Shown: positions 29,023 to 42,090 of the stretch, piece by piece
Layout: the number at the start of each line of letters is the position of its first letter
Position numbering within the stretch: the stretch's first letter is position 1
Source of the DNA: Epiperipatus broadwayi
Lineage: Eukaryota; Animalia; Onychophora
Reading direction: 5' to 3'
Length of the DNA: 64,000 nucleotides
Assembly: GCA_028023455.1 (NCBI GenBank)
Contig: JAQFVV010000005.1
Span: 868,001 to 932,000, forward strand
Position numbers and translations under genes: made by a program
The notes under the pieces: model-generated
Told to the model about the DNA's origin: nothing
The model's database searches: none
Seen by the model: the letters and a program-made list of their open reading frames with translations, nothing else

Positions 29023-30094
29023 TTTGCAAGTTCTATAATAATCTTTTTTTTTTTAATTGTTTAATGAAATCATACTCTCTTATTTTCAAAACAATGTTGT
29101 TTTCACAATTTGAATGACTGTTATGAAAAATAGCATAAAACACATTCTGTGACGTGATCAAAATTGGTAACAAGTGTGAAAAATCTCACTGAAAATCATT
29201 TAAGCATATATATATTTTTATCCACTTTAAATAAGAAAAAATAAGCATAAAAAGCTGTAACAATTATTGCAAGAGATAGGTAAATAATTCTAATTCTTAA
29301 AAAAATCAAATTCTGGATAATTATAGTACCGAAAATGTAAAAAAAAAAAAGAAATAAACAAATAAAAAAAACTTGAGATATGACATTTATAATTGCATAA
29401 TAAGAACAAGCATACGGAACTCATTACATGGCATTAAAATTGCATGAAAAGTAATTTTACTTCACAGACTTCAATTCACACCTATATACAAAACTACCAA
29501 TATATGTTCGTAACAACAAAATTTAATCGATTCAGTATTAAAATATTTCAAAATTTCATAACTTGCCTTATAGTAATAATCTTATGATAAAATAGCTGTT
29601 TGCTTTTAAGGATAGGACTGTAAACTTTTACATTAGTCAGTCTCTATTCATACTTGAATTGAAATATTTAAAATAAAATCAATTTTATTAGAAATTTCAA
29701 ACACTATACCATTATCCAGGGGATTTTTTTTTTACGCTAAGAATGGAAAGGTTGAATACAATATCTTAATTAACGTGAAATTTAGGCAAATGGAAGATGT
29801 GGAGAATGGGGGAGGGGTTTTAATTCTACTTTATAATGGTATGTTAGAAAATTAAAACAGTCATTATATAATTTAAATAGCCATAAAATTATTAAATATA
29901 AAGTTATAATTATTAACATTTTTATAAAGGCAAGTAGTCATAAGAAATAGACCAATAAAAAAAAGACCCGACAGCTAAACGTTCATGATTACAATAAAAT
30001 TAAACTCATTCATAAATTTCTACCGTCACTAATTACAATAAAGATATAGTTAATTGAACACTAGATTAGCAAAATTTTAACTATTTACTGCAAT

Positions 30095-30240
30095 TTACCT
30101 TTTACAGAGTTAAGTTAAACGATAACTTCGGAAAGACTTTTTTACTTATGACTTCGTAAGTGATGTCAAAACCTGGTACACGTGACTTCCTAGCTGTACC
30201 GTATTTTGAGAAACGTTCAAAAATTGACTGTGGAATCTTT
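30095..30240. promoter_or_regulatory. Possible promoter / first non-coding exon
   Basis: Local CpG enrichment; E-box CACGTGAC at 30179-30186; repeated tgacttc motifs; minus-strand donor aag|gtaaat at 30099. Confidence 0.3.
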
Positions 30241-32413
30241 TGAGCTCTTTGTTGGCTATAATGTAATTTAACTTTAATGTCATGAATTTTTATTATTAAA
30301 GAAAAAAGTTAGATTCAGAATTCAAAGAATAAAAATTTAAGGAATTTCTATACAAATTTTATTATAAATATAAGCAGGTTGGGTAATTTGATAATGAGAT
30401 ATGGTATTACCTCAAAGACGTAATCAACGGATAGATAGTATTTTTTATCCGTGATCATTATTACAAATTAATTGTAGTATTTCATATTTATAAATATATC
30501 ATTAAAATTCAGATAAAAAAGATATCATTACGAATGATCAAGAATTTTTGGACTCCGTGAATTAACATAATACGATAAAAAAATGTGTAATGAATAATTC
30601 CAATTTTAAATTTGTCATAAAGATAGAACAGATATTGTGTCAAATTTACTGCGTGAAAATAAATGTAGATTAACCCTTTCCAGTGAACGAGGGAAGGGAT
30701 CCATCAACATTAATATCTACTCATGTTTAGTCTAATTTCAAATAAATGAAAGTGAGTTTTACGATAATTATACCCAATGTTCATCTATATCACTTTGGTT
30801 ATTTGGTCTGTTTGATATCATCATGCTATGCTGTTTTTAATTTTCCTGGTGGGAATATTTTAGAAAGTCTTCATCACTTTGAGTAATTGTAATTTCATTT
30901 GATCATTTTATCCAATCTTATTTTCTCAACGAAACCAATTAGTATTTCAGCTTTTTAAAGATGTTTTTGAGATAACTTTTACAATGCAAATGGAGCCTAT
31001 AGTTGCGAAATCATTTAAATTTTTTTCCTAAAATCCTTTTTTTATTTTAGAAAGTCCAATGAAGACATACTTTTATGTCCAGAAAGCTATGGAATATAGT
31101 GATTGAACTTATTTATAGTGTTATCATATTTTCAGAATATAAAGCATCCTTAAATGAAATTCTTCCAGTAATTTTTGTATTACTGTTAATGGATCAGTGT
31201 ATTTTTATAACTCCATTTATGCATTTAATTTAATAAAAGTTTACATCACTAAAGTTAAAGTGATCTTTTAGGTTAAATGAAGCTGCCACACTGGACTCTT
31301 TGTTGCAGCTTAATATCCAAGATTTCTATTCAAAAAGTTACCAAAATATTTGATTAACATTCTCAATTTGATAAGTGTCCCAATTTAAAAGTTATTAAAA
31401 ACCCTTTTTTCATCATTAGCTAATAAAGCGCCAGAATGTTAATTAATAAATTAAAGTCTTACTAGGTAGCATTATAAAATATCAAGAACATTATATATAT
31501 TTCATTGTTTGATATGGCAAAAATTCCACAATCATTAGCATTCTATAAATATAGAAAACAAGAAGATGAATTTTTTGTTCAATCATTTAAAACACCACAT
31601 TCAAACTTATGTTGCATCCAGAGAATTGCTTTTTAAAATTGAAAAACTAAGTCGGAAATAATACACCTTCCTATTTGACATTACCTTATAATATAAATAA
31701 TATTTAAACTATGCTCTTAATTTCAAACATTCCACAAACTTTTTTGATTAATAAATCAAATGCCTTGACTAAATTAGTAAAAATAGTGTATAAATCTTAT
31801 CTTTGCTCATGGCACTTTTTTTTCCCTTTTGTCTAGCCAAAAAAATGTCTACAGTAACTGATTTTCTAAAACTATATTATATTTCTGGCATTCATTTATC
31901 TATGGTTGGAAGAAATCTACTCAAAAAATCAGTGAAAGTACTTTTCTGTGATGGATAACAATAATATTGAATGATAATTCTTGCTTTTCCTTCTATTCCT
32001 CATTCAATATCTGACTAAATATGTGTATATATAAAATGATGTTAAATAAAATCAAAATGTTATATGTAACAAATTGTCAGACGGGATATTGATTAACACC
32101 TTCATTGTTAGACATTCTAAAAAATTAATGTTTGCAAACATGCAGAGTATACAAATGTATGCTAATATCTATTCACGCGTATATATGCAGAATATGTGTG
32201 TGCAAATAAAAAACTACTAAAAATAGCCAAAGTAAGAGGATGAGCAGCAGTTTTGAATATGTGTACAGTGTTGAAAAAATAGGATAAGGGGTAGAGTAGT
32301 AGAATTAACCCATAGAGATGATGATGAGATGCATAACTACTGACAACAGTGTTTAATGTAAGGAAAACTTTCAAGCAAGCTTGTTCTATAATTGTTCTTA
32401 TTTGTTTATATAG

Positions 32414-32800
32414 TGTTATTAAACAATTCAAAATACAGCAAAACTCTCCATATAGTAGTGCCATCTTGTGCTAACAAGAGCAATCAATGGATGCCAGAAG
32501 GCTTGTGCATAAAATCCCTATCTAGTGCCTACTCATCCAATATCCCCAGACTAGTTTCTGGCTTGTGGCCTTCATCAGTGAGGAGCCTTGGATTGGAGAG
32601 CACTGCACCTAGATCTTAGGATCTAATGCAACCCTCCAGCACCCACATTTTAACTCTATTTAACTACAAAACTATGAGATTGAATGGATGCCTTCTGGCA
32701 TCCATTGATTGCTCTTGTTAGCACAAGATGGCACTACTATATGGAGAGTTTTGCTGTATTTTGAATTGTTTAATAACAATTATTGTGCTAGTATGAGATA
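32414..32800 (-). mobile_element. Hammerhead element copy A with 89-bp perfect inverted arms
   Basis: Consensus-like body 32503-32689; arms 32414-32502 and 32690-32778 are exact reverse complements. Confidence 0.9.
32533..32600 (-). ncRNA. Minimal type I hammerhead ribozyme (core 32549-32578; predicted GUC cleavage between 32549 and 32548)
   Basis: UCCAA-GGC-UCCUCA CUGAUGA A-GGC-CACAA-GCC-A GAAA C-UA-G UC UGGGGA-UA-UUGGA. Stems I and II pair; palindromic ACUAGU helix III. Confidence 0.8.
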
Positions 32801-32999
32801 GTGATCATGTGATGTTGAGTTATATAGTGTTAATAAATTCTGATTTGTTAAGTTTTATCCTTAGTGTTGAATGTTCATTTTAGTTTAAATATTGTGCGTA
32901 TTCATCTGGTAATAATAAGATTACCTCTCGATGTAGCAGATTGGCACAGTTTGACCTTTCACAAGAACCTGGGAAAGAAGAGACAATAACGAGAAATTA

Positions 33000-35830
33000 A
33001 AAAAGAGAAACAAAATGGCACTTGCAAAATAGCTATGACTGACTTTGATGTGACTAACCTAATGGAATGGCAAATCTATATTATACTTGTGGAAAGGTAT
33101 TCTTATTAATCACAGTTGATAATTAACTAAAGATAGTGACATTTATGTGGATGGCAGGTAAAGAAGTATTATAGATATCTAACTGATTGTGTGATCCATA
33201 AGTCTTAGAAGTTGTTCCATATGAAAAATTAAGAGAAGTTAAATATGTATTTTAAGCCTACTACATATTAAACACATAGTGCATTTGCTGTTTAGAAATA
33301 GAAGACAGACACCATGTGAAAAGATATTTTAATATGAAGTGGGATTGCATATGCTTGCCAAAGAATGCAATGTCAGTGCTGAGTTAGATGACATGTTTGT
33401 CAACCAGTTATTAGAGAGATAAGTGAGAGCAAGCTTGAACAACTGTTGCTGAGAAAAACTGAATTAATTTACATGTCCATTATAGAAAAATGTACAGCTT
33501 ATGAAGACATATTGGAAAACAATATAGTTTCAAAATAATACAGATGTAAAGAAGACAATAATGATAGTAAACAGTACAAGCAGAGACTACAAACAAGAAT
33601 ACAGATAGCACCTGGATATGTTATTGTTGAAACAATAAAAGCCATATAAAAAAGAGATGTACATTTAAAAATGATTAATGTCATATTTGTGGTATTGGTA
33701 GAACATGTTTTAAGTTTGTAATAAGCGGAGAAAGAGTAAAGGCGATTTATTACCAGACTGTAAATTGAACGGAGGGGTCTGCAAAAAAAGATTAACATCA
33801 AAAAGATAAATGATATTAACAATAATCACATTGTATTGGGCATTTGTATTTGTGAACAGAAAGTTAGAATGGAATTCAGCAGCGGAGCAGGTGTGTCTCT
33901 TATGCTGCAAAGAGTTTGGTCAAATATCACCAGGAAATTTAAGATTATACCTATATTTAAATTGAAATTAGTAGCAATTGATGTAAATGGAAATCCAATA
34001 GATATATAAGATTGTGACAGTGCAAGTGAGAGTTAAAATGAGATTAAAAAATTTACATTTGTATATTTAGAAGAGAGATTTAAATCTGATTCTAGGCAGG
34101 AATTGGTTTAAGCCACTATAGATTAGGCTAAAAAAAAAAAAAATAGGAACCAAAAAAAATATCCATAGTCAATAGAATTGAGCCCTCCAGCATTAAGTAC
34201 ACAGCTGGTTGACCAAATTAATGGCAACTGTTCAACCTGTTGATGCAGACTATGGAAGACCTTTTTGTTTTGAAAAACAAAGTGGAAGAAACACTTAAAG
34301 ACTGGCACTGTTGTTACACCTATTGAGGAGTCAACATGGGAAACACCCATCGTTGGAATATTAAAAAAGGGTTGGGACTTTGTTTTATGTGGTAATTATC
34401 GAATGACCCTCAATAAATATATAAATAAAGAATCATAACCTGTGCATAGTGTTAGGAAAGTCTTAGTATTGCTACAAAAAGTGTTGTATATTGCTACGAT
34501 TGATTTACTGTCTGCATTTCACCAGATTTCAGTAACAAAAATAGCTGGCTCATTAACAATTAATACTCATGGGATAATTTAAATGTAATAAATTGCCATA
34601 TGGAATATCTCTCCTCAAACTTGTTTCAAGCTAATGGCTGGCTCATTAACAATTAATACTCATGGGATAATTTAAATGTAATAAATTGCCATATGGAATA
34701 TCTCTCCTCAAACTTGTTTCAAGCTAAAATGGATGGTTTATTACAGAAGATTGTAAGAAACATTTATTACCTAAATGACCTTTTGATAACTGTTGAAACA
34801 GAGGTTAAGAATGCATGTAAACAAAGTTTGTAAAAGACTAGAGAGATTTGGAGTGTAACTGGATGCCATAAAATGTATGTGGTCCTCTACAGAAATTAAG
34901 TTTTTAAAACATTATTAACAAAGATAAATACCCAAATCCAGAAAAAATGAAAGCTGTGAAAAGCATTAAGAACTTGCAGGATTGTTAAACTTTTTTGAGA
35001 GTTTTTTGTAAAGAAAATCTTGTATGGTGTAAAGAAAAAACAACGATGGAAGTAGAGCATTTAAAAGAGTTGAAGACTTTTTAATGCCAAATCAATTACT
35101 AGTACATTATAAAAATGATCAAGAGGAAATTGTGACTACTGATGCTTCGGAAAACAAAGTAGGTGCAGTTATTTCACATATCCTATTACATATGCATCCA
35201 GAACTTTAACAGCATCTGGAAATAATTATAGCCAGTTTGACAAAAAAGTTCTAATGATCGCATATGCAATGAAAAAATTCCATCAATATGTATATGGACA
35301 TACAATTAAGAGTTATGGATCATAGACCTTTGCTGGGAATATTCAGAAATTTAAAGAAAACTGGATAAATATTCTTACAACTTTGATGTTCTATACAAGC
35401 TGGGAAAGGAAATTGAATATTCAAGTTGACTTTGTCTAAAATGCCAGTTTTGCATGAGTATCAGCCTCAGGCCACTGAAATAAACTATAGATCAGATGGA
35501 CACAAACACATTAATTAATGCAGTTGTAGCTAAATGAGCAAAAGAAGATTCTGATTACCAAATAGTTAAGAAATGGATTAAAGAAAGATGGTCTCGAAAT
35601 TGACCAACCTACGTGATTGAATCAATCTGGAATAGTAGCTAGTCTTCTCATATGTAATGGATGCATTCTGATGACAGACCACATATTGATTCCTACTGAA
35701 AGGAGGAATCAACTATTAGAAGCACTGCATGAAGGTCATCCTGGCATTATCAGAATAAAAGAACTAGTTAGATCTTATGTATGGATGAATTGATGATGTG
35801 ACTAGTCTCTGGATCTATCCATTTGACAGA
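33000..35830 (+). pseudogene. Second Ty3/Gypsy gag-pol remnant, heavily decayed
   Basis: WETPIV-KKG-CGNYRMTLNK (~34330-34415), IDLLSAFHQI, LTINTHG, YLNDLLI, TDAS, YASRTLT, DHRPLLGIF, LHEGHPGI-ELVRSYVW (~35720-35790). Confidence 0.9.
34544..34727. repeat. 91-bp exact tandem duplication (period 93) inside the Gypsy RT
   Basis: 34544-34634 identical to 34637-34727. Confidence 0.95.
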
Positions 35831-35999
35831 ATACTGTTGATAATATAGATTGACTATCATAATACTTTGTTTAGGTAAAAAAAAAAAATTGTAAACAAAC
35901 TTGAATATAAATATTTTTAAAATAATAGCACAGATTATATTATACTTAGAGAATTGAATTTATTTGTTATTTTATTCATCTAACTGATTTTTTTTATTC

Positions 36000-38300
36000 T
36001 TATCCATGTCCACATTCCCCAAAGGCTTCCAATCTGTTCCTAATTTTATTATTCATTGTCTATGTTTCACAATCATATGTTAGTGCACTCCACACATAAC
36101 ATGTAATTAATCTTTGTCTTAATTTTCTTTTCAAATGTCCACAAAATATCCTCTTTCTCTTAATAAATGCTTCCTTTGCCGATGCTATTCTTCTTTTAAC
36201 TTCATCTTCACTTCTTCCATCCTCACTCAACCAACTAATCAAATATCTAAATCGTTTTACCTGTTGAACTATGTTATCACGCATTTCTCCCAATCCACAA
36301 ATACTTAGTCTTCTCAACATTAATCTTCATTCCATACATCCTTCTTCCAATTTATTTAACATATTCTGAAGATCATTTGCAAATCTTAGACATTTTATTA
36401 CTATACCTCCAACATTTGCTCATCCACAGTCTAAATAATTATTTAGGTTTTCTAAATAAATATTAAAAAGAATAGGTGACATACTGCATCCTTGCCTAAT
36501 TCTACTTTCTATATTCACTTCATCAGTCTCATTACTCCCCAATTTAATTCTTATCGTTTGTCCAGTACACATATTCCAAAGTCTTCTCTCTTTCCAAAAT
36601 ACCCTTTATCTTTTAAGATGGATGTAAGTTTATTCAGACTACCCTATCAAATGCTTTTTCTAAAACCACAAAACATATACCAATTCCTTTACCTTGTTCA
36701 ATATATCTCTCTGCAATTGTTCTAACAACATCAATAACACCTCTTGTACTTTTCCCTCTGCAAATCAAACTTCCTTTCCAATATAATATTCTATCCTGCC
36801 ATAAATTCTTAGTTAAAATCCTCAATAAAACTTTAGAAGCATGAGATAACAAACATTATTTCATATTCTTCACATTTAGCAGCTTTCTTGTTTTTAGCAA
36901 TTGGAATCTTTGTAGTTCTTAAAAAATCTTCAGGCCAAACTCTACTGTCATATATCAAATTGCAAAGTTAAACTATTTTCTTCATAATAAATTTCTCCCA
37001 TTTCTTTCAAATAATTCTATAGATATTGCATCAAATCCAACAGCTGTACCATTCTTCATTTGTGCAATTGACTTTCTTACTTCATCTGGCAATATGTCCA
37101 TAACTTTATTCAATATATTCTTCATTTTCAAGTTCATAATTAATTAAATTCTCTACTAAATAGACTTTGATGATATTCTTTCAATCATTTTAATATATCA
37201 TTGCTATCAGTTTATCTCTTTCTGTTCTTATCTGCAATCTCACTTGCTATCCATGTCTTTTTCTCCTACATGACATTTCATATTCTATCAAATACTAGAT
37301 CATATAATATCAGATGATATCTTTTTCATCTGCTGAAACCTTTCTATCTCTCTACATTCTTGCTTCAACCATTTTTCTTTTGCTAAGTCTGTTTCTCTTC
37401 TTATCCCATTATTAATTTTTCTATATGCACTTTGCCATCCTCAGTATTTACATTCTTCCATCTTCTCCATACTTCCATCTTTTCTAAAATACCTTCAGTT
37501 ATCCAAGGTCATTTAGCTTTCCTTATCCGAATAATACCTATTTAATTTTTTGCTTTTTTTAAGAATTCTTTTTAATTTTACACCAACACTTATCGGGTTT
37601 ATTAATGTATCCCTCATCCTGAACAATCCGTTTTATTTCATTTTCACATATTAAACCAAATTTTTCTTTTGCCATTTTTCTCAATTTATTCCAAGTCCCA
37701 TCTTACATATCTTTCCCCTCTATTAATTTTTTTAAACTCAACTTTAATTTAGCCATAACCAAATTATGATCTGAATTTAACCAAATTATAATCCGAGTTT
37801 ATATCAGCACCAGGCAAAGCATGCAAACCCTTAATAACATTTTTGTATCTAACCTGAATCAATATATAATCAATTTGATAATGTTCTGTATCACCTGGAG
37901 CTTCCAAGTATACAATCTTCTAATATGGTTTTAAAACAAGTATTTGCAATCACAAACCCATTCTCTTTACAAAATTGTATAAGCCAGATAACTTTTCCAT
38001 TTCTTTTTCCAAAACCATAATTTCCAACAATTTCCCTTTCTTTCCTCACAACCGCATTCTGATCACCAAATAGTAATATACATGCATTTTTTCTTTTACA
38101 TTGGATAATTTCCTCTATCTTCTCATATATTTGAATCAATTTCAATATCAACATGAGTAGTAGTCTGCATATAAACTTGTATGAATACCTTTCTCATCAT
38201 CATTATCAGCCTATTGTCAATATAATCAACCTTTGCCACACTATTCCAAATTTTCTTTCTGCACAGCAATGCTAACTCCATTAATTGATCTATCACCACC
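36000..38300 (-). pseudogene. RTE-clade LINE ORF2 remnant (APE + RT)
   Basis: GDQNAVV and GKRNGK (37891-38154); LSHASKVLLRIL and LEKAFDRV (36634-36852); CYVWSALTYDCET (36060-36320). Confidence 0.9.
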
Positions 38301-38949
38301 CAAATAAAATAACATCTCTACTATTTGCTTCCCCACATCCCTCCCAACTCACCTCACGTAATCCTATAACATTAATATTATTTATATACAACTCTCTTTT
38401 CAAATTTCTCAATTTCCCAGCTCTTCTCAAAGATGTAACATTTCACATAACTAATTCTCAATGTATCTTCTCTCAATGAATTAAGTTTATGAGGATTTTG
38501 CAGGTTTACAAACTAAATAGCCTCATGTCTACTTCTTCTGGGCAAGACACCAAAGACATTCTTATCTAAGGTCTTGACACCAAATGTAATGATTCCTGTA
38601 GACATACTCATAATAAAACCAAGGAAATTAAAAGGCAAGGTGGTTTCCTGTTGCCTTCTTTGCCCAGCAATAGTTTCCATAGCAAGCTTAATGAGCTAGC
38701 TAAATCTCATAAAATAAACATCCATCTACTGCTTCTTCCATTGTTGTTACCTATAATTATCTTCCGCTGACTTGGAAGAATGCTGTTGATGATCCAGAAC
38801 CCAAGAGGGTGTTGACTTGTTTAATGGCCGTCAATACTCACCATTATCCACTGTCATAGGAATTGTGGCATTTTATAGAAGTAAACACACCACTATCTCC
38901 ATCACTTCCTGATAGTAAATGTTTTCTCATTGTCATGACTGCTTATTTA

Positions 38950-39250
38950 CAGTATTTTGCTTATCCACAGCTAATCTTCACATCTGAAGGCCATTCCCCT
39001 ATCTGCAAGGTGGTGATGTCTAGGTGGTATTAAACCATGCCCTGCTGTCCAAGTCAGAGTCAATCCATATACTGTGCAAAAATTCAATAACTGTGGACCA
39101 TTTGAATTCACACATCCAATAACATTTTCCCCCAATAATTTTAGACTGTGACACATTTCTACCAAAACATGCATTAAAGTCTCCAAAGAAATAAAAAAAA
39201 AAGGTTTTAATTGCATCTGCTAGTCCTGACTCCAATATTTTTTAAGTTAA
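38950..39250 (-). pseudogene. RTE-type APE endonuclease fragment
   Basis: GDFNA and NSNGPQLLNFC in two frames. Confidence 0.7.
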
Positions 39251-39259
39251 AGATTTTAT

Positions 39260-39582
39260 AAACAAATCAAAGCAAAACTCCATATAGTAGTGCCATCTGT
39301 GCTAAATAGAGTAATCAATGGATGCCAGAAGGCTTGTGCATAAAATCCCTATCTAATGCCTACTCATCCAATATCCCCAGACTAGTTTCTGGCTTGTGGC
39401 CTTTGTCAGTGAGGAGCTTTGGATCTGAGAGCACTGCATCTAGATCTTAGGATCTAATGCAACAAGCCTTCTGGCATCCATTGATTACTCTGTTTAGCAC
39501 AGGTGGCACTACTATATGGAGTTTTGCATTGCTTTGTTTATAAACAATTATGTGCTAGTATTGGAGATGTGATCATGTGATG
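39260..39582 (-). mobile_element. Hammerhead element copy B with inverted arms
   Basis: Arms 39272-39337 and 39462-39527 match at 64/66. Core 39380-39409 reads CUGACAA (G8 lost). Confidence 0.9.
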
Positions 39583-40849
39583 CTTGCTGATTAAAGATTT
39601 TGTTGCATAAAAAAAAAGTTGCTGTCAATTTTCTTTAGCATGCAATTAAAGGAAGGATATTTACTTCATTTTAACAATAGCACAGGTTGACCAGTGACAT
39701 GAAGTTGAATCATTTGTTGGATTAGTACAGAAAGGTAGCCATACTTATATGAAAGGGTGGCACATTGATATAATGTCCACTGAGCAAATTTTGATACTGT
39801 TTTTTTTTTTTTTTCAAGTATAAGAATTTTGGATTTCCTTTAATTTGAATTATATAAATTAAACTGATAATTTGGATGTTAAATTGCAGTAATGAATAGG
39901 CAACAAGATCGGTAATTTTGGCATTCTTTTATAGGACATTTAAGGCACATCAATATGTGAGTTGGTGAAGTGAATTGAAAAAAGAATTGTTGCTTGCCAA
40001 AAGATAATTTATTGAAATGAAGTAAATTTTCATACTATTTGAATTATGAGAGTAATAATGTCTATGGTATAATATAAATAATTTATTAGATTTGTTGAAA
40101 GTCATGTGACACTTAGATACCAGAAAATGAAGATTTGAATTTTGATTCAAGGGTTTTCAGTGACCAGATAAAGCAAATCTACAGTACAGGGCCTCTGTGG
40201 AATATAATGGCAGGAATAGTTGGCATATGAAGGTGTTATGATTGCAATTAAAGGCCCATGCAGATATGACATTCCCCCAGTTGTTTTATGTTAAATATTG
40301 GAACTACTTCTGGCTGAATAGTAGAATTAATAGATAGAAGGATGTGAAAAAAGTGATAATGGTATTCACCATAAGTCAATTAAATATGAATTAAATAGAA
40401 TTGCTACTTCCTGGTCCATATCGTAGACTATATATTGAATAATTTAGAATATTTTACTTAAATATCAGTGCAATGAATTTTTAAAAATTGTGCATCTTAA
40501 TGTACATTTTTCATGGCCATTTTTCTAATTTTCAGAACAGCTGTTTTTAACAATACATGATTTTATTCTTTTGTAGCCTTCTATAACAGGATTAACTGAA
40601 GTACATATGGTGTTGAAAGACTTATGTGTTAAGAAGGCATCAGAAGAGAATTTGAAGCATCAACTTTGTTAGGAGTATAAGAAAATTTATCATACCCTGA
40701 CTCCTATAATAGAATAAAAATTAATTGCTTTAATTAAGTTTTATATAACTTCAGATATGGAATGAATATTGAGATGTAAATGATTCTGCAATTTTTTTTT
40801 AAATATGATTACAAATATAATATTAAATCAACTCTCTTTATTACTGTTT

Positions 40850-40915
40850 TACAATGCTTTTATTACAATCCACTATGACAGTTCCGATCGCCCCAGAAAC
40901 CATCTTCAGAACAAC
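40850..40915 (-). mobile_element. Family 3 hammerhead-like remnant
   Basis: Minus: CTGAAGA-T-GGTT...GATC-GGAA-CTGTC followed by tagtggattgtaataaaagcattgtaa; homologous to 56335-56490. Confidence 0.5.
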
Positions 40916-41437
40916 ATAAAAATAAAATATGCAGAGAAATCAATTCAAGAGATAGAGAGAAGGAATCTGTGAAGAAGATAGTTCTCTCATACTTTCCATA
41001 TGCAAAAAGAAAAGGCAACCTATGGCATGCTGCAGTTCATCCAAACTTTATGACTTTTGTAAATCTTTGGCTAATCATGATAATGATATGTAAGACAGGC
41101 ACCACAATAATTGTTTGGATATTTTGTGACTTTTCTAATTGATTTTTTAATTGAATATACTTATTCATATCAATAAAGTCAAGTCATTTTTTAAATTTCA
41201 TTTCAATACATAGCAATATGATAACATGATTTATTTTCTTCTAATTTTAAATTCTATGATAATTGACTTATAATACTTTTCAATGAATCTAAAAAATGTT
41301 GAAATTAAATCTAAGTAAATTTAATGGTAGAAAGATATTGTTCAGTTTTTCCAATTCACAGTCTTTCTTCTTCACATCAGACCAAGTTTTCTTATTTTAT
41401 TCAACTTCATATGATTTTTTTTAGTCTTGCAACTTCT

Positions 41438-41727
41438 TGGGATTCATTTAAGACTTCAACTGTCCATGTATTACTCATCTCTTAAAAATATGTCCAATCC
41501 AGTTCCATTTGGGATTCATTTAAGACTTCAACTGTCCACCGATTACTCATCTCTTAGCACTATGTCCAATCCAGTTCCATCTGGGATTCATTTTAAGACT
41601 TCAAATGTCCATCTATTACTGATCTCTTAACAATATGTCCAATCCAGTTCCATTTGGGATTCATTTTAAGACTTCAACTGTCCATCTATTATTCATCTCT
41701 TAGCAATATGTCCAATCCAGCTCCATT
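41438..41727. repeat. Minisatellite, 4 x 72-73 bp, derived from an RTE 3' region
   Basis: Units start at 41438, 41510, 41582 and 41655 (tgggattcatttaagacttcaactgtcc...). Homologous to RTE text at 4320-4400. Confidence 0.9.
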
Positions 41728-42090
41728 TCAATATCTTAATTTTTTCAATAATAGCAATGATCCTTTTATCCTGCAGTGGATTGGCAATGGTTGAAAATTA
41801 TGATGATGATGAAATAAAGTTTTAAATGATATAAAGAGATATCTAATTATTGATTTCAGTACAACATTGGACAAAGAAAGGAAAAATTATCTTATGACAG
41901 GAATATTTTGGTAAGTTGATTCAAATCTAAAATAATTGATAGGGTTTACATTAAATTGTCTTTGTAGTATATTTGCCCCTAAAGAAACAGAGACTTATAA
42001 TATTACAAACAGTGGTAGAATATTTATCTGATCTTTATATTCAGAGATAGCTTTATGATCTGAGAGTAGGAGTAAAGTAATAAAAACAAT

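Noticed and set aside
32392-32619. Related small ORFs (also 45798-46013 and 47335-47535) sharing GLCIKSxSSAYSSNIPRLVSGLWPSS
   Set aside because: They are the antisense reading of the hammerhead element. Similarity follows from the DNA repeat, starts and ends differ, and other copies have indels. Not called as a protein family; dN/dS over many copies would settle it.
41438-41727. Regular repeats as a CRISPR array
   Set aside because: Units are contiguous 72-73-bp copies with no unique spacers, there are no cas genes, and the context is eukaryotic.
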